The notes under the pieces are model-generated. The model did not search any database. It had not been told where the DNA came from and worked only from the letters and a program-made list of their open reading frames with translations. Of a stretch of 52,581 bases of DNA, positions 27,073 through 36,020 are shown one piece after another (within the stretch, counting starts at the first letter, position 1; the number at the start of each line of letters is the position of its first letter). The DNA is from Hyphomicrobiales bacterium. GTDB lineage: Bacteria > Pseudomonadota > Alphaproteobacteria > Rhizobiales > Hyphomicrobiaceae. A program made the translations under genes and the position numbers. The DNA lies in NCBI GenBank assembly GCA_031419415.1, contig JANOKV010000503.1, positions 1 through 52,581 of the forward strand, written 5' to 3'.

Positions 27073-28578
27073 TCACCGCCCAACACTTGGTCCCCCCGCG
27101 CGACGCTTCACAATCAATCCTGCCGCAGAAAACAGTAGCAGTCCGATCGAGATAAGTATCAGGCTCGCTGCGATCGGCCGACGGAAGAAAATCATCCAGT
27201 CGCCGCCCGACATCACGAGAGACTGGCGCAAACTCAGTTCTAGCGTCGGAGCAATGACCAGCCCCAGCACCAGGGGTGCGGGATCGAAGTCGAACTTGCG
27301 AAGCAAGTATCCGACCACACCCATGATCAGCATGATCCAGACGTCGACCACGGAATGGCTAACCTCGTAGACCCCAAGAATGCAGAACATCACGATCAGG
27401 GGGTAGAGATAGACATAGGGAATGCGCAACACGGCAACGAAGAGGCCCACGAACGGCAAGTTGAGCACCAGCAGCATCACATTGCCGACGTACATCGAGG
27501 CGATGAAGCCCCAGAAGACCGTCGGGTGGTCGGTGACGAGCGTGGGGCCCGCTGGCACACCGTGGATCAGCAGCGCCGCCATCAGTACCGCGGTTACCGG
27601 CCCCGTCGGTAAGCCCAGCGCCAGCATGGGCACGAATGCGCCCGTCGAAGCAGCATTGTTGGCAGCTTCAGGACCCGCAACGCCAGCGACCGCGCCCTTG
27701 CCGAATTCGTCGGGATTGCGAGACAGCTTTCGCTCGAGCCCATAGGAGAGAAAGCTCGAGATGACATGTGCTGATCCAGGCACGATGCCAACCAGGAACC
27801 CCAACCCCGATCCCCGCAAAATCGGCAACGCAGCCGCCTTCCACTCTTGGCGCGTCGGCATGAGTTCGGATAGGCGGGGGGACGCGACATTCGACGGCGC
27901 GCCCTTGACCACCGTCGACAAAATTTCTCCAAGGCCAAAGAGACCCACCGCCACGGGCACGATCCCAATACCGTCGCCCAGTTCCTTCAAATCAAACGCA
28001 TAGCGAAAATGACCGCTCATGGTGTCGATGCCGATGCAGCCGAGCAGTAGGCCGATGGCGGCCATCAACAGGGTGCGCACCAGAGATGTCGTCGACATAT
28101 AGGCGAGAAAGACGAGCCCCATCACCAAGAGCGCCGTGTACTCAGGTGGACCGAAGCGCAAGGCCAGCCGGGCTAATGGCGGCGCCACGAACGTCAAGGC
28201 TATGACGCTCAGCGTGCCGGCAATGAACGAGGCCACGGCCGCAATTGCCAGAGCTGCACCGGCGCGGCCCCGTTGCGCCATTGCGTGGCCATCTATGCAC
28301 GTCATCACCGAGGAGGCTTCACCGGGAATCCGCAGAAGAATGGACGTCGTCGAGCCGCCATACTGCGACCCGTAATAAATTCCCGCCAGCAGAACGACCG
28401 CCTTGGTCGCATCGAGCCCGAAGGTCGCTGGCAGCAAAATCGAGATGCCGGCAAGCGGACCTATTCCCGGCAGCATCCCAACCAGTGTGCCGACCAGACA
28501 CCCGAGAAAGGCGTAAAATAGAACATCCGGACGAAAGGCGACAGAGAACCCCAGGGCGAGACTGTCGAATGTTTCCAC
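27073..28578 (-). CDS. tctA: tripartite tricarboxylate transporter large permease
   Basis: 501 aa, GTG start, ~12 TM. 'GMLPGIGP', 'YYGSQYGGSTTSILL.IPGE', 'GPEAANNAA' characteristic of TctA. Confidence 0.9.
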   Translation of the reverse strand: METFDSLALGFSVAFRPDVLFYAFLGCLVGTLVGMLPGIGPLAGISILLPATFGLDATKAVVLLAGIYYGSQYGGSTTSILLRIPGEASSVMTCIDGHAMAQRGRAGAALAIAAVASFIAGTLSVIALTFVAPPLARLALRFGPPEYTALLVMGLVFLAYMSTTSLVRTLLMAAIGLLLGCIGIDTMSGHFRYAFDLKELGDGIGIVPVAVGLFGLGEILSTVVKGAPSNVASPRLSELMPTRQEWKAAALPILRGSGLGFLVGIVPGSAHVISSFLSYGLERKLSRNPDEFGKGAVAGVAGPEAANNAASTGAFVPMLALGLPTGPVTAVLMAALLIHGVPAGPTLVTDHPTVFWGFIASMYVGNVMLLVLNLPFVGLFVAVLRIPYVYLYPLIVMFCILGVYEVSHSVVDVWIMLIMGVVGYLLRKFDFDPAPLVLGLVIAPTLELSLRQSLVMSGGDWMIFFRRPIAASLILISIGLLLFSAAGLIVKRRAGGPSVGR

Positions 28579-28584
28579 GTTCCC

Positions 28585-29031
28585 TCAAAGTCCGAAAATG
28601 CCAATGGGCAGCGCCGATCGCATCAATTTGGCGAGGAGCAGATAGGCCGCGGCCGGAACGCCAATCGAGATGGCCAGAGCCGCTCCCATCGGTCGGCGCT
28701 CGACGATGAGGATCAGAACCAAAAGCAGGGTCGCTGTGGTGATGAGAAATCCAAGCCGCTCGTAGGCAAAGATACAGGCTGCAGTGATGGCTGCGACACG
28801 GGTTGCATGTGGCAGGTCGGACCAGGTGATCTCAGCCAACGGCGGACTGTGCGCTGCCTGCAGCATGAGCACCACGCCGAACAGCAGGATGAGGCCCGTC
28901 GTCAAAATCGGCAGCATTCCTGCGCCCGGTGAAGCCAGCGTCCCGAACGGCAGGTCACCGCTCATGGCGAGCACGGCGAGGGCCAGCGCCGCCATAACGC
29001 CGCCTGCTACGTGGTCACGGCGCCATATCAT
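28585..29031 (-). CDS. tctB: tripartite tricarboxylate transporter small membrane subunit
   Basis: ATG at 29031 after GGGAGAG gives a 149-aa four-TM protein between tctC and tctA. The longer listed ORF (to 29181) overlaps tctC. Confidence 0.7.
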   Translation of the reverse strand: MIWRRDHVAGGVMAALALAVLAMSGDLPFGTLASPGAGMLPILTTGLILLFGVVLMLQAAHSPPLAEITWSDLPHATRVAAITAACIFAYERLGFLITTATLLLVLILIVERRPMGAALAISIGVPAAAYLLLAKLMRSALPIGIFGL

Positions 29032-29080
29032 GGAGAGCTCTCCCGCCCCGAGGTTCGCAGGCCTAATACCGGCCCCACCG

Positions 29081-30070
29081 TCACACTTTACCGATGAGGC
29101 GCACAGCCTCCTCGACGCGCTTGGCATCGGCATCCCAGAACGCTTTGAATTCGGGCTGATCGAGAAAAGCGATCTCTTCACCGAGATTTGTCATCGCCTG
29201 GGTGAAGGTATCTACGGCAATCGCTTTTTTGGTCTCCGCGCGCCAGCGATCGACGATCGGCTGTGGCGTCCCGTTCGGAGCAAAAAGACCCATCCAAAGG
29301 TAAAACTCGACATCGTACCCCGCCTCTTTCATCGTCGGGACGTCTGGATGGGACGTGAGACGCTTGCCGGAGAAACTGGCGAGGATACGCGCTTTTCCCG
29401 CCTTGACCTGCGTCGCTGCCGACGCCAACGAAGAAACAGCCACCTGCGAGTTATTTCCGATCAGAGCCGTGATCGACGGCCCACCGCCGTTCGTCGGCAG
29501 ATGCTTCATCTCGATCCCGGCGGCTTTCAGAAACAGAGCTGTAGGCAGATGAAGGGCGCCATGCAGACCCGACGACGAAAATATCAGATCGTTTGGGCGC
29601 TTTTTTGCATCGTCGACGAGGTCCTTTATCGTCTTGTGCGGTTGCTGATCATTAACGAGCAGCACCATCGGTCCGGCCGTAATCCGCACGATGGGCACGA
29701 AATCGTCACGGGTGAATTTCACTTGGCGGCCATAGACCTTGTCCACTTCCGAGAACCCAGCCAGCGACACGAGGTGAATGAGAAGCGTGTAGCCGTCAGG
29801 CTTCGCGGCGGCGGCGAATTGCGCGCCGACCTGCCCGGCTGCACCCGCCTTCGTTTCGATCACGACCGGTTGCTTGAGCATCGGTTCGAGGACGGCTGCC
29901 AGGGGGCGCCCCACGACATCGGCCGTGCCGCCGGGCGGGAAGGGATTGATCAGCGTGACTGGACGAGCCGGATAGACGTCCTGCGCGGCGACCGATGAAC
30001 CGACCATGCCGGTGGCTACGGCAGCCGAGCCCCCGATGAAATGACGCCTGTCGATTGATTTCCCCGGCAT
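29081..30070 (-). CDS. tctC: tripartite tricarboxylate transporter substrate-binding protein (Bug/TctC family)
   Basis: 329 aa, ATG after GGGAGG, Tat-like leader 'DRRHFIGGSAAV'. 'YPARPVTLINPFPPGGTADVVGR', 'GAAGQVG', 'KPDGYTLL' typical of the Bug family. Confidence 0.9.
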   Translation of the reverse strand: MPGKSIDRRHFIGGSAAVATGMVGSSVAAQDVYPARPVTLINPFPPGGTADVVGRPLAAVLEPMLKQPVVIETKAGAAGQVGAQFAAAAKPDGYTLLIHLVSLAGFSEVDKVYGRQVKFTRDDFVPIVRITAGPMVLLVNDQQPHKTIKDLVDDAKKRPNDLIFSSSGLHGALHLPTALFLKAAGIEMKHLPTNGGGPSITALIGNNSQVAVSSLASAATQVKAGKARILASFSGKRLTSHPDVPTMKEAGYDVEFYLWMGLFAPNGTPQPIVDRWRAETKKAIAVDTFTQAMTNLGEEIAFLDQPEFKAFWDADAKRVEEAVRLIGKV

Positions 30071-30283
30071 ACGAACCTCCCGCCCTCTAGCATCCGCGCG
30101 ACGCTACTATCCAACGGGGGCAGTCTAGGAGGATAGCCCGCTACTTGTCGACCGGCTCTCGAGCGGGCCGAAGGATCGCCGACCTGATGGCTCTTCCCCC
30201 ACACGGCCGCGCCGACCCTCTAACCTCCCCACATCTGGCGTGCTAGCGTGGGTTGCGATGCCGATCATTGCGATGGGGCCCGG

Positions 30284-32584
30284 ATGCCGTTCGAAAAACA
30301 GCTTATGGACCTGGCCTTCGAGCCCATGCTTGCGTGGCACATCGGCGGCCAGATCACGTTCTGGAATGCGGGCTGCGAACATCTGTATGGCTACACGGCC
30401 CAGGAGGCCATCGGGACGCCGCGCGACGTGGTGCTGGGAGGCCACCCGCTGACGGACGCGGTTATGGCACTCTTGTCATCTCAGGGCCACTGGTCAGGAG
30501 AGCGTGCGCATCTTTCCAAATACGGACAGCGACACTTGGTGGACTGTCGATTGCAACTCCTGTCGCCCGACCAAACTATTCTCGAGGTCCATCGCGACAT
30601 TACGACAAAACGACAAGCGGCCGAAGTCTTGGACCGAGCCGAATCCCGGTTCGGATCATTCAGCGCCTTGTCTTCAAACTGGTATTGGGAGTTGGACGAG
30701 TCCTTACATCTGACATCGACTACGGACAATGCCGTCCAACTCATCGGATCCAAAGATGCTTTTCGCATTGGCAAAACACTTTGGGATCGCCCGAGCATCG
30801 ATGCCAATGACGCTGCCTGGATAGACCACCGTGCACACCTTGCGCGGCATGACCCTTTTCGCAATTTCGAATACCCGATCTTTGACGATCATCGCGAGGT
30901 TGCCTGGATACAGATCAGTGCTGACCCGGTGTTCGACACCAACGGCCGTTTCACCGGATACCGTGGCGCAGGTCGCAATATCACCCAACGCAAGCGCAAC
31001 GAGGACCTGCTCTCGAAAAGCAACGAGCGCCTCGAAGTGGAGGTGCTGCAGCGCACGCGCCAACTCGAGGCCATGTACGACGCCGCCATCAACGCGATTC
31101 TCACCATCGACCCGCGTGGCATCATCCAGTCGATCAACACCGCAACGACAAGACTGCTCGGCTACGCCCGCGAAGACCTGATTGGCAGCAACGTCCGCAT
31201 GATCATGCCGGAGCCCTATGCCGGCCACCACGATGGATATCTCGAGGCCTATCTGACGACTGGAAAAAAGAAAATCATCGGCATCGGCCGCGAGGTGCTC
31301 GCACGCCGCAAAGATGGCACGACATTCCCGATTCACCTCTCGGTCAGTGAGTTCGAAGTCAACGACAGGCACTATTTTACAGGCATTATCACCGACCTCA
31401 CCGAACGCAGAGAAGCCGAACTGGCACTGCGCAATACCGAACACCAATTGGCCCAAGCTCAGAAGATGGAAGCCGTCGGCCAACTTACCGGTGGCCTGGC
31501 GCACGACTTCAACAATCTCCTGACCGTCATTTCCGGCAATCTCGAGCTTCTCGACATGCGCATCGAGGGTGAGCCGGAGCGCGATCTCATCCGCCGTGCC
31601 GATGCCGCAGCGCGCATGGGTGCGCGGCTCACCGGGCGCCTGCTCACCTTCAGCAGCCGACGCGCGCTCCAGCCGACCATCGTCAATCTCAATGATACGA
31701 CCGTCGGCATGACCGAGCTGCTCCGACGCACCCTCGGTGAATCGATCAGCGTCACGTCGGAACTCGCGCCCGATTTATGGAACACGAGCGTCGATGCGAG
31801 TGAAATCGAGAACGCCATTCTCAACCTCGCCATCAATGCACGCGACGCGATGCCAAATGGCGGACGCATCCTTATTGAAACCGCCAACATCTCCTTAGAA
31901 GAGGACGACCCGGGACAATCACCGGCTTCACCCCCTGGCGACTACGTCAAGCTGTCGGTCTCCGACAATGGCACCGGCATGCCACCCGAGGTTGTCGCCC
32001 GCGCATTCGAGCCCTTCTATACGACCAAAGACCCAGGCCGAGGCACCGGCCTCGGCTTGAGCACGATTTACGGCTTCATTCGCCAATCCGATGGACGCGC
32101 CGCGATCTACAGCGAAGTCGGTCGCGGAACGACGGTCAGCCTCTACCTGCTGCGCGACGCCAGCAGCGGCGTCCTGCGCAATCCGGTGAAAGAACCGGAC
32201 GCCACCCCCACGCGAACCGGGGAAACGATCCTCGTCGTCGAAGACAACGAGCAGGTCCGCCATCTCACCGTGCAGCGCCTCGACGCCCTGGGATACGACA
32301 TTCTGATCGCCGAAGACGGGCCGTCGGCTCTGCGCTTTCTCGAGCAGGAAACAAATATCAATCTCGTTTTTTCCGATGTGGTCATGCCCGGCGGCTTATC
32401 GGGTTTCGATGTTCTTCGCTGGACGAAACAGAACCGGCCCGAGGTCAAAGTCCTTCTCACGTCCGGCTTCGCGCCAGAAATGGCCAACAACGGCGAGGCC
32501 ATCGATCCAGACACCAAGTTGCTACACAAACCCTACACGATCGCCGAACTGGCGCGCGCCATCCGTGAGGCCTTCCGCAGTTGA
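30284..32584 (+). CDS. PAS-domain hybrid sensor histidine kinase / response regulator
   Basis: ATG at 30284 (GTG 30248 alternative). Three PAS-like segments, H box 'LAHDFNNLLTVISG', N box 'NLAINARDAM', G boxes 'DNGTGM','GTGLGLS'. C-terminal receiver 'ILVVEDNEQVR...DVVMPGG...LHKPY'. Confidence 0.88.
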   Translation: MPFEKQLMDLAFEPMLAWHIGGQITFWNAGCEHLYGYTAQEAIGTPRDVVLGGHPLTDAVMALLSSQGHWSGERAHLSKYGQRHLVDCRLQLLSPDQTILEVHRDITTKRQAAEVLDRAESRFGSFSALSSNWYWELDESLHLTSTTDNAVQLIGSKDAFRIGKTLWDRPSIDANDAAWIDHRAHLARHDPFRNFEYPIFDDHREVAWIQISADPVFDTNGRFTGYRGAGRNITQRKRNEDLLSKSNERLEVEVLQRTRQLEAMYDAAINAILTIDPRGIIQSINTATTRLLGYAREDLIGSNVRMIMPEPYAGHHDGYLEAYLTTGKKKIIGIGREVLARRKDGTTFPIHLSVSEFEVNDRHYFTGIITDLTERREAELALRNTEHQLAQAQKMEAVGQLTGGLAHDFNNLLTVISGNLELLDMRIEGEPERDLIRRADAAARMGARLTGRLLTFSSRRALQPTIVNLNDTTVGMTELLRRTLGESISVTSELAPDLWNTSVDASEIENAILNLAINARDAMPNGGRILIETANISLEEDDPGQSPASPPGDYVKLSVSDNGTGMPPEVVARAFEPFYTTKDPGRGTGLGLSTIYGFIRQSDGRAAIYSEVGRGTTVSLYLLRDASSGVLRNPVKEPDATPTRTGETILVVEDNEQVRHLTVQRLDALGYDILIAEDGPSALRFLEQETNINLVFSDVVMPGGLSGFDVLRWTKQNRPEVKVLLTSGFAPEMANNGEAIDPDTKLLHKPYTIAELARAIREAFRS

Positions 32585-32619
32585 GCGTCATGTGGCTCGA
32601 GCCCGCACGATGCCGATGG

Positions 32620-33360
32620 TCAACCCCGTTTCACTTCGCTCGCGAACACATAGCCGATTCCGCGCACGGTTTTAATGAGGCGTGGATTGTCGCTGTCAGG
32701 CTCGATCTTCTTGCGCAAGCGCGCCACGAGTGAATCGATTGACCGATCGAGGGGCGACCAATCATGCCCTTTGAGCAGGTCCATGATGTTATCGCGCGAC
32801 AGCACCCGGCTCGGCCGCTCGACGAACATCTCAAGCATATTGAATTCGGCGGTTGTCAACTCCAAGACGCGCCCGTCTCCGTCCATCAATTCGCGCCTGG
32901 AGGGGCGGAGCCGGAACCGATCGAAGGCGAAGTAATGATGATCGACGGAAGCGGCCGAGGCAGCGGATTTGTGCTGAGTCGACATATCGTAGCGCCGCAG
33001 CACCGCGCGGACGCGGGCCAGGACCTCGCGCAGGTGAAACGGCTTGGTGATGTAATCGTCGGCGCCCAGTTCGAGGCCGACAACGCGGTCGATCGGGTCG
33101 TCTTTTCCCGTGATCATCACGATTGGGACATTGTCGGTACTGCGAATTTCGCGCGCCAGGGCCAGGCCATCCTCTCCCCCGAGTTTCAGGTCGAGCGTGA
33201 TCAAGGTTGTGGTCTGCGATTGCAACCGCGCGCGCAACTCCGCGCCGTCTTTGGCTTCGGCTACGACGTAGCCCTCGAGCTCAAAGCAGCGGCGCAATAT
33301 CATGCGCACCTCAGATTCATCGTCGACCACGAGAATGGTGATTGGCGTGGCTGATGTCAT
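32620..33360 (-). CDS. OmpR/PhoB-family response regulator transcription factor
   Basis: 246 aa, ATG start. Receiver 'ILVVDDESEVR...LDLKLGGEDG...KPF' and winged-helix 'LTTAEFNML..F', 'IKTVRGIGYVF'. Confidence 0.9.
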   Translation of the reverse strand: MTSATPITILVVDDESEVRMILRRCFELEGYVVAEAKDGAELRARLQSQTTTLITLDLKLGGEDGLALAREIRSTDNVPIVMITGKDDPIDRVVGLELGADDYITKPFHLREVLARVRAVLRRYDMSTQHKSAASAASVDHHYFAFDRFRLRPSRRELMDGDGRVLELTTAEFNMLEMFVERPSRVLSRDNIMDLLKGHDWSPLDRSIDSLVARLRKKIEPDSDNPRLIKTVRGIGYVFASEVKRG

Positions 33361-33475
33361 GACGTCATCCCATCACCGACGGTCCAATGCGCCTACTGCA
33401 TCGCCGTTTATCTGAAACCGCATACTCGTCGATCACCTTGAAACGGCAAGCGCAATCGCACGCCACACGTCGAAT

Positions 33476-33489
33476 TTGATTTCGATCAT
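33476..33489. promoter_or_regulatory. candidate FNR/FixK box
   Basis: TTGAT-TTCG-ATCAT matches 9/10 positions of TTGAT-N4-ATCAA. Lies in the 263-nt gap between the divergent response regulator (ATG 33360) and ORF 33624. An FNR/FixK-type regulator with an E--SR helix is encoded at 36945-37682. Confidence 0.3.
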
Positions 33490-33623
33490 GGCGATTGAGA
33501 CCTGTTTCCCATACGAAATAAGTCACGCCGTCGATCACGGCAGCCCAGCCAAGGACCAGTGTCACGACCGTCGCCAATTTTTCAGATACGGCATTTGGTG
33601 GTCGAGGAAGGCATGACCGCCAA

Positions 33624-34157
33624 ATGAGCACACCTCCGGCCGATAAGTCGAAGACCCTGGGCGATACTGGCACGGAGGACGCATTCTTGGCGGACTCGAG
33701 CAATTATATGCAGCGCTTGGCCGCCGCGACGTTTCTGGCAACAGAGCCGCTCGCTCAGGCCGTGCAGGAATTGATCGCCGAGGCGATAAAACCAGACCAA
33801 TTCTGCCTCGTCGGGACGGCTTCACGGATCGCCGAGACCAAGGCGGCTATAGCTGCTCCAGATCAACTCCTGTCCGACGCCGGATGCGAGGCCCTGCATG
33901 ACCACCACGCGCTGCCTGATGCCACACGGCTCGTTGCGGAGCCAGCAAACTTCGACCAGGTTGATTTCAGCGTGGAGCTGCAACCGCAAGGTCTTTTGCA
34001 TGGCTTGGAGACCACCTTGGCACATGGAGCAATCGCATTGATCGTCAAAACCCGGTCAGTAACGGAGTTCGCCACCGCAACCCGCGTCCTCTTGCGTTAC
34101 AGCACGCAGCGTGTGCGCACCCGAGAAGTCCTCCAACCCCACCCGACACCGGACTGA
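33624..34157 (+). CDS. hypothetical protein (no recognisable motifs)
   Basis: 177 aa, ATG start, GC3-biased codon usage like neighbouring genes. No family recognised by eye and no TM or signal peptide. Confidence 0.45.
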   Translation: MSTPPADKSKTLGDTGTEDAFLADSSNYMQRLAAATFLATEPLAQAVQELIAEAIKPDQFCLVGTASRIAETKAAIAAPDQLLSDAGCEALHDHHALPDATRLVAEPANFDQVDFSVELQPQGLLHGLETTLAHGAIALIVKTRSVTEFATATRVLLRYSTQRVRTREVLQPHPTPD

Positions 34158-34237
34158 GCTGAGATCGGCCCAGCGGTCCTGTTCATTGAGGCCAGGTCGT
34201 AAGCGCCGAAAACTTCGCCAATCAGCGGTCCTTTCGT

Positions 34238-34705
34238 TCATTCCCGTTGACGACGGACTTGCAATTCGCGTTCGACATGCTCGAGGTCGTCATCGATCAG
34301 CGGTGCATATCTTTCACGCATGTGGGCGAATTCCTGCTGGACTGCTTCGAGTTCTTCGTCGGACATGTGATCGAGTTGGACCAGCCCTGTCCTCGCACCC
34401 TCGACTGCGCGAAGCAACTCATCGAGTTTCAGGGCAGCGATCGTCGCATCTCGGTTCTGGGTGTTCTGGATGAGAAACACCATCAGAAACGTGACGATCG
34501 TGGTGCCCGTATTGATGAAAAGCTGCCACGTGTCGGAGTACCTGAAATAAGACCCCGTCATACCCCAGATCACAATCGTAAGCACGGCGATCGAAAATGC
34601 CCAAGAAGATCCGACCGCGTGCGACGTACGCTCGGCGAGTTTGCGAAAGAGTGCTCTGACTTCATTTTCCCTATGCATTTTTGCGTCCCATCCGAAGCGG
34701 TCCAT
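34238..34705 (-). CDS. low-affinity iron permease (PF04120-like) family membrane protein
   Basis: ORF opens with GTG at 34720, abutting the upstream stop. ATG at 34705 or 34678 is more plausible. 'SSWAFSIAVLTIVIWGMTG', 'DTWQLFINTGTTIVTFLMVFLIQNTQNRD', then a C-terminal coiled region. Confidence 0.7.
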   Translation of the reverse strand: MDRFGWDAKMHRENEVRALFRKLAERTSHAVGSSWAFSIAVLTIVIWGMTGSYFRYSDTWQLFINTGTTIVTFLMVFLIQNTQNRDATIAALKLDELLRAVEGARTGLVQLDHMSDEELEAVQQEFAHMRERYAPLIDDDLEHVERELQVRRQRE

Positions 34706-34720
34706 GACGGAGATCACCAC

Positions 34721-35941
34721 TCACATCCCCACTTGTGAGGCGACCAGGAGCGCCAGACACAGAACACACCCCACGATCGGCACGGCGATCGGCGTCGTGT
34801 AGGCGCCAGCAGTCGGCGGCGCGCTGCGCCATTTCAGAAGGACGAGGGCCGCATTGACCGACGCAAACACAATCAACGTTAACTGAGACGTGATCTCCGC
34901 CAACCGTTCGAGCGGCAATGCCAGAGCTAGCACCAAAACGAGGAGCACAACCAACACCGTCGATCTGAGCGGCGTCTGGGTCACCAAGTTGACCCGCGCC
35001 AGCCACTGCGGCAGCAGGTTGCGCTCCGCCATTCCGTAGGCCACTCGAGAGGCCATCACCATCTGCACGACCACACCGTTGACTGTTGCAATGACGGCAA
35101 TGGCGCTGATCACGATCGGTGGAGCGCCAGTAACGCGCTCGAACACCAAACTCAGTGGCGCACCGGCCACCGCCAGCTCACTGCGAGGCACGGCGATCAA
35201 CGCAATCCAAACGACGATCATGTAGAAAAGGGTGGAAATCGCCAGGGTCGAAAGAATGGCCTTGGGCAGGTTCCTCTGTGGTTCCTGGACTTCTTCGGCG
35301 ATATTCGCGAGGCCCTGGAAACCTATGAAGGCGAAGAAAGCAAGCAGCGATGCCGAGAGGACGCCCGTCGTCGCTGCAACATCGCCCAATCCCGTCCAGA
35401 TTTCCGGCAGTCGCGCCACGAGATCGGGTGAGTTCGTCACCCCGACGACAATGATCGCAAGCAGGCCGCCTATCTCGATCACCGTCATGATAGCAACAAT
35501 CGTCACCGATTCCAGGATGCCCCAGGCCGCAACCATCCCCATGATGACTATGACACCGACGAGAATGACGTATGCCGGCAAGGCGATGAGTTCGCGAATA
35601 TAGCCTACGCTGCCTTTGGCGATAGCCGCCGCCGAGACGACCCCAACGGCGAGAACGATTAACCCGACGGCGCGCGCCAAGAGGTCGGAACTGAAACCAG
35701 CTTTGATGTAGGCCGCTTCACCCGCACTGACCGGAATACGGGAAGCCAACTCGGCGTAGGCCATCGCTGTCGGCGCCATCACCAAGCCTGCGAGCAAAAA
35801 CGCCAGCGGGGCATGCATGCCAGCACGCCCCGCTGTAGCTCCAATCAACACGTAAATGCCCGCACCAATCGTCACGCCCAAACCGAAGAGAATGGTCAAC
35901 GGTAGACTGAGCGCACGCGCCAACGTGGGCTTGGATGTCAT
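34721..35941 (-). CDS. APC-superfamily amino acid/polyamine permease
   Basis: 406 aa, ATG start, ~11-12 TM. N-terminal 'FGLGVTIGAGIYVLIG' and 'AYAELASRIPVSAGEAAY' typical of the APC family. Confidence 0.85.
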   Translation of the reverse strand: MTSKPTLARALSLPLTILFGLGVTIGAGIYVLIGATAGRAGMHAPLAFLLAGLVMAPTAMAYAELASRIPVSAGEAAYIKAGFSSDLLARAVGLIVLAVGVVSAAAIAKGSVGYIRELIALPAYVILVGVIVIMGMVAAWGILESVTIVAIMTVIEIGGLLAIIVVGVTNSPDLVARLPEIWTGLGDVAATTGVLSASLLAFFAFIGFQGLANIAEEVQEPQRNLPKAILSTLAISTLFYMIVVWIALIAVPRSELAVAGAPLSLVFERVTGAPPIVISAIAVIATVNGVVVQMVMASRVAYGMAERNLLPQWLARVNLVTQTPLRSTVLVVLLVLVLALALPLERLAEITSQLTLIVFASVNAALVLLKWRSAPPTAGAYTTPIAVPIVGCVLCLALLVASQVGM

Positions 35942-36020
35942 GGCGCACGATCTTCCATGATTTCACTCATACACCGTTGCGGACCGCGCCCCGCGCATAG
36001 CCATCGAGCCGAAGAATGCC

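Noticed and set aside
24075-30070. Genomic island inserted at selC
   Set aside because: tRNA-Sec is a classic integration site. However, I saw no integrase, no direct repeat of the tRNA 3' end and no obvious composition shift. The downstream genes look like native catabolic and transport genes.
33365-33703. 112-aa minus-strand ORF immediately upstream of the response regulator
   Set aside because: It opens with TTG, has no internal ATG and no RBS, overlaps the start of ORF 33624-34157, and would cover the FNR-like box. Kept only as an alternative to the plus-strand orphan.
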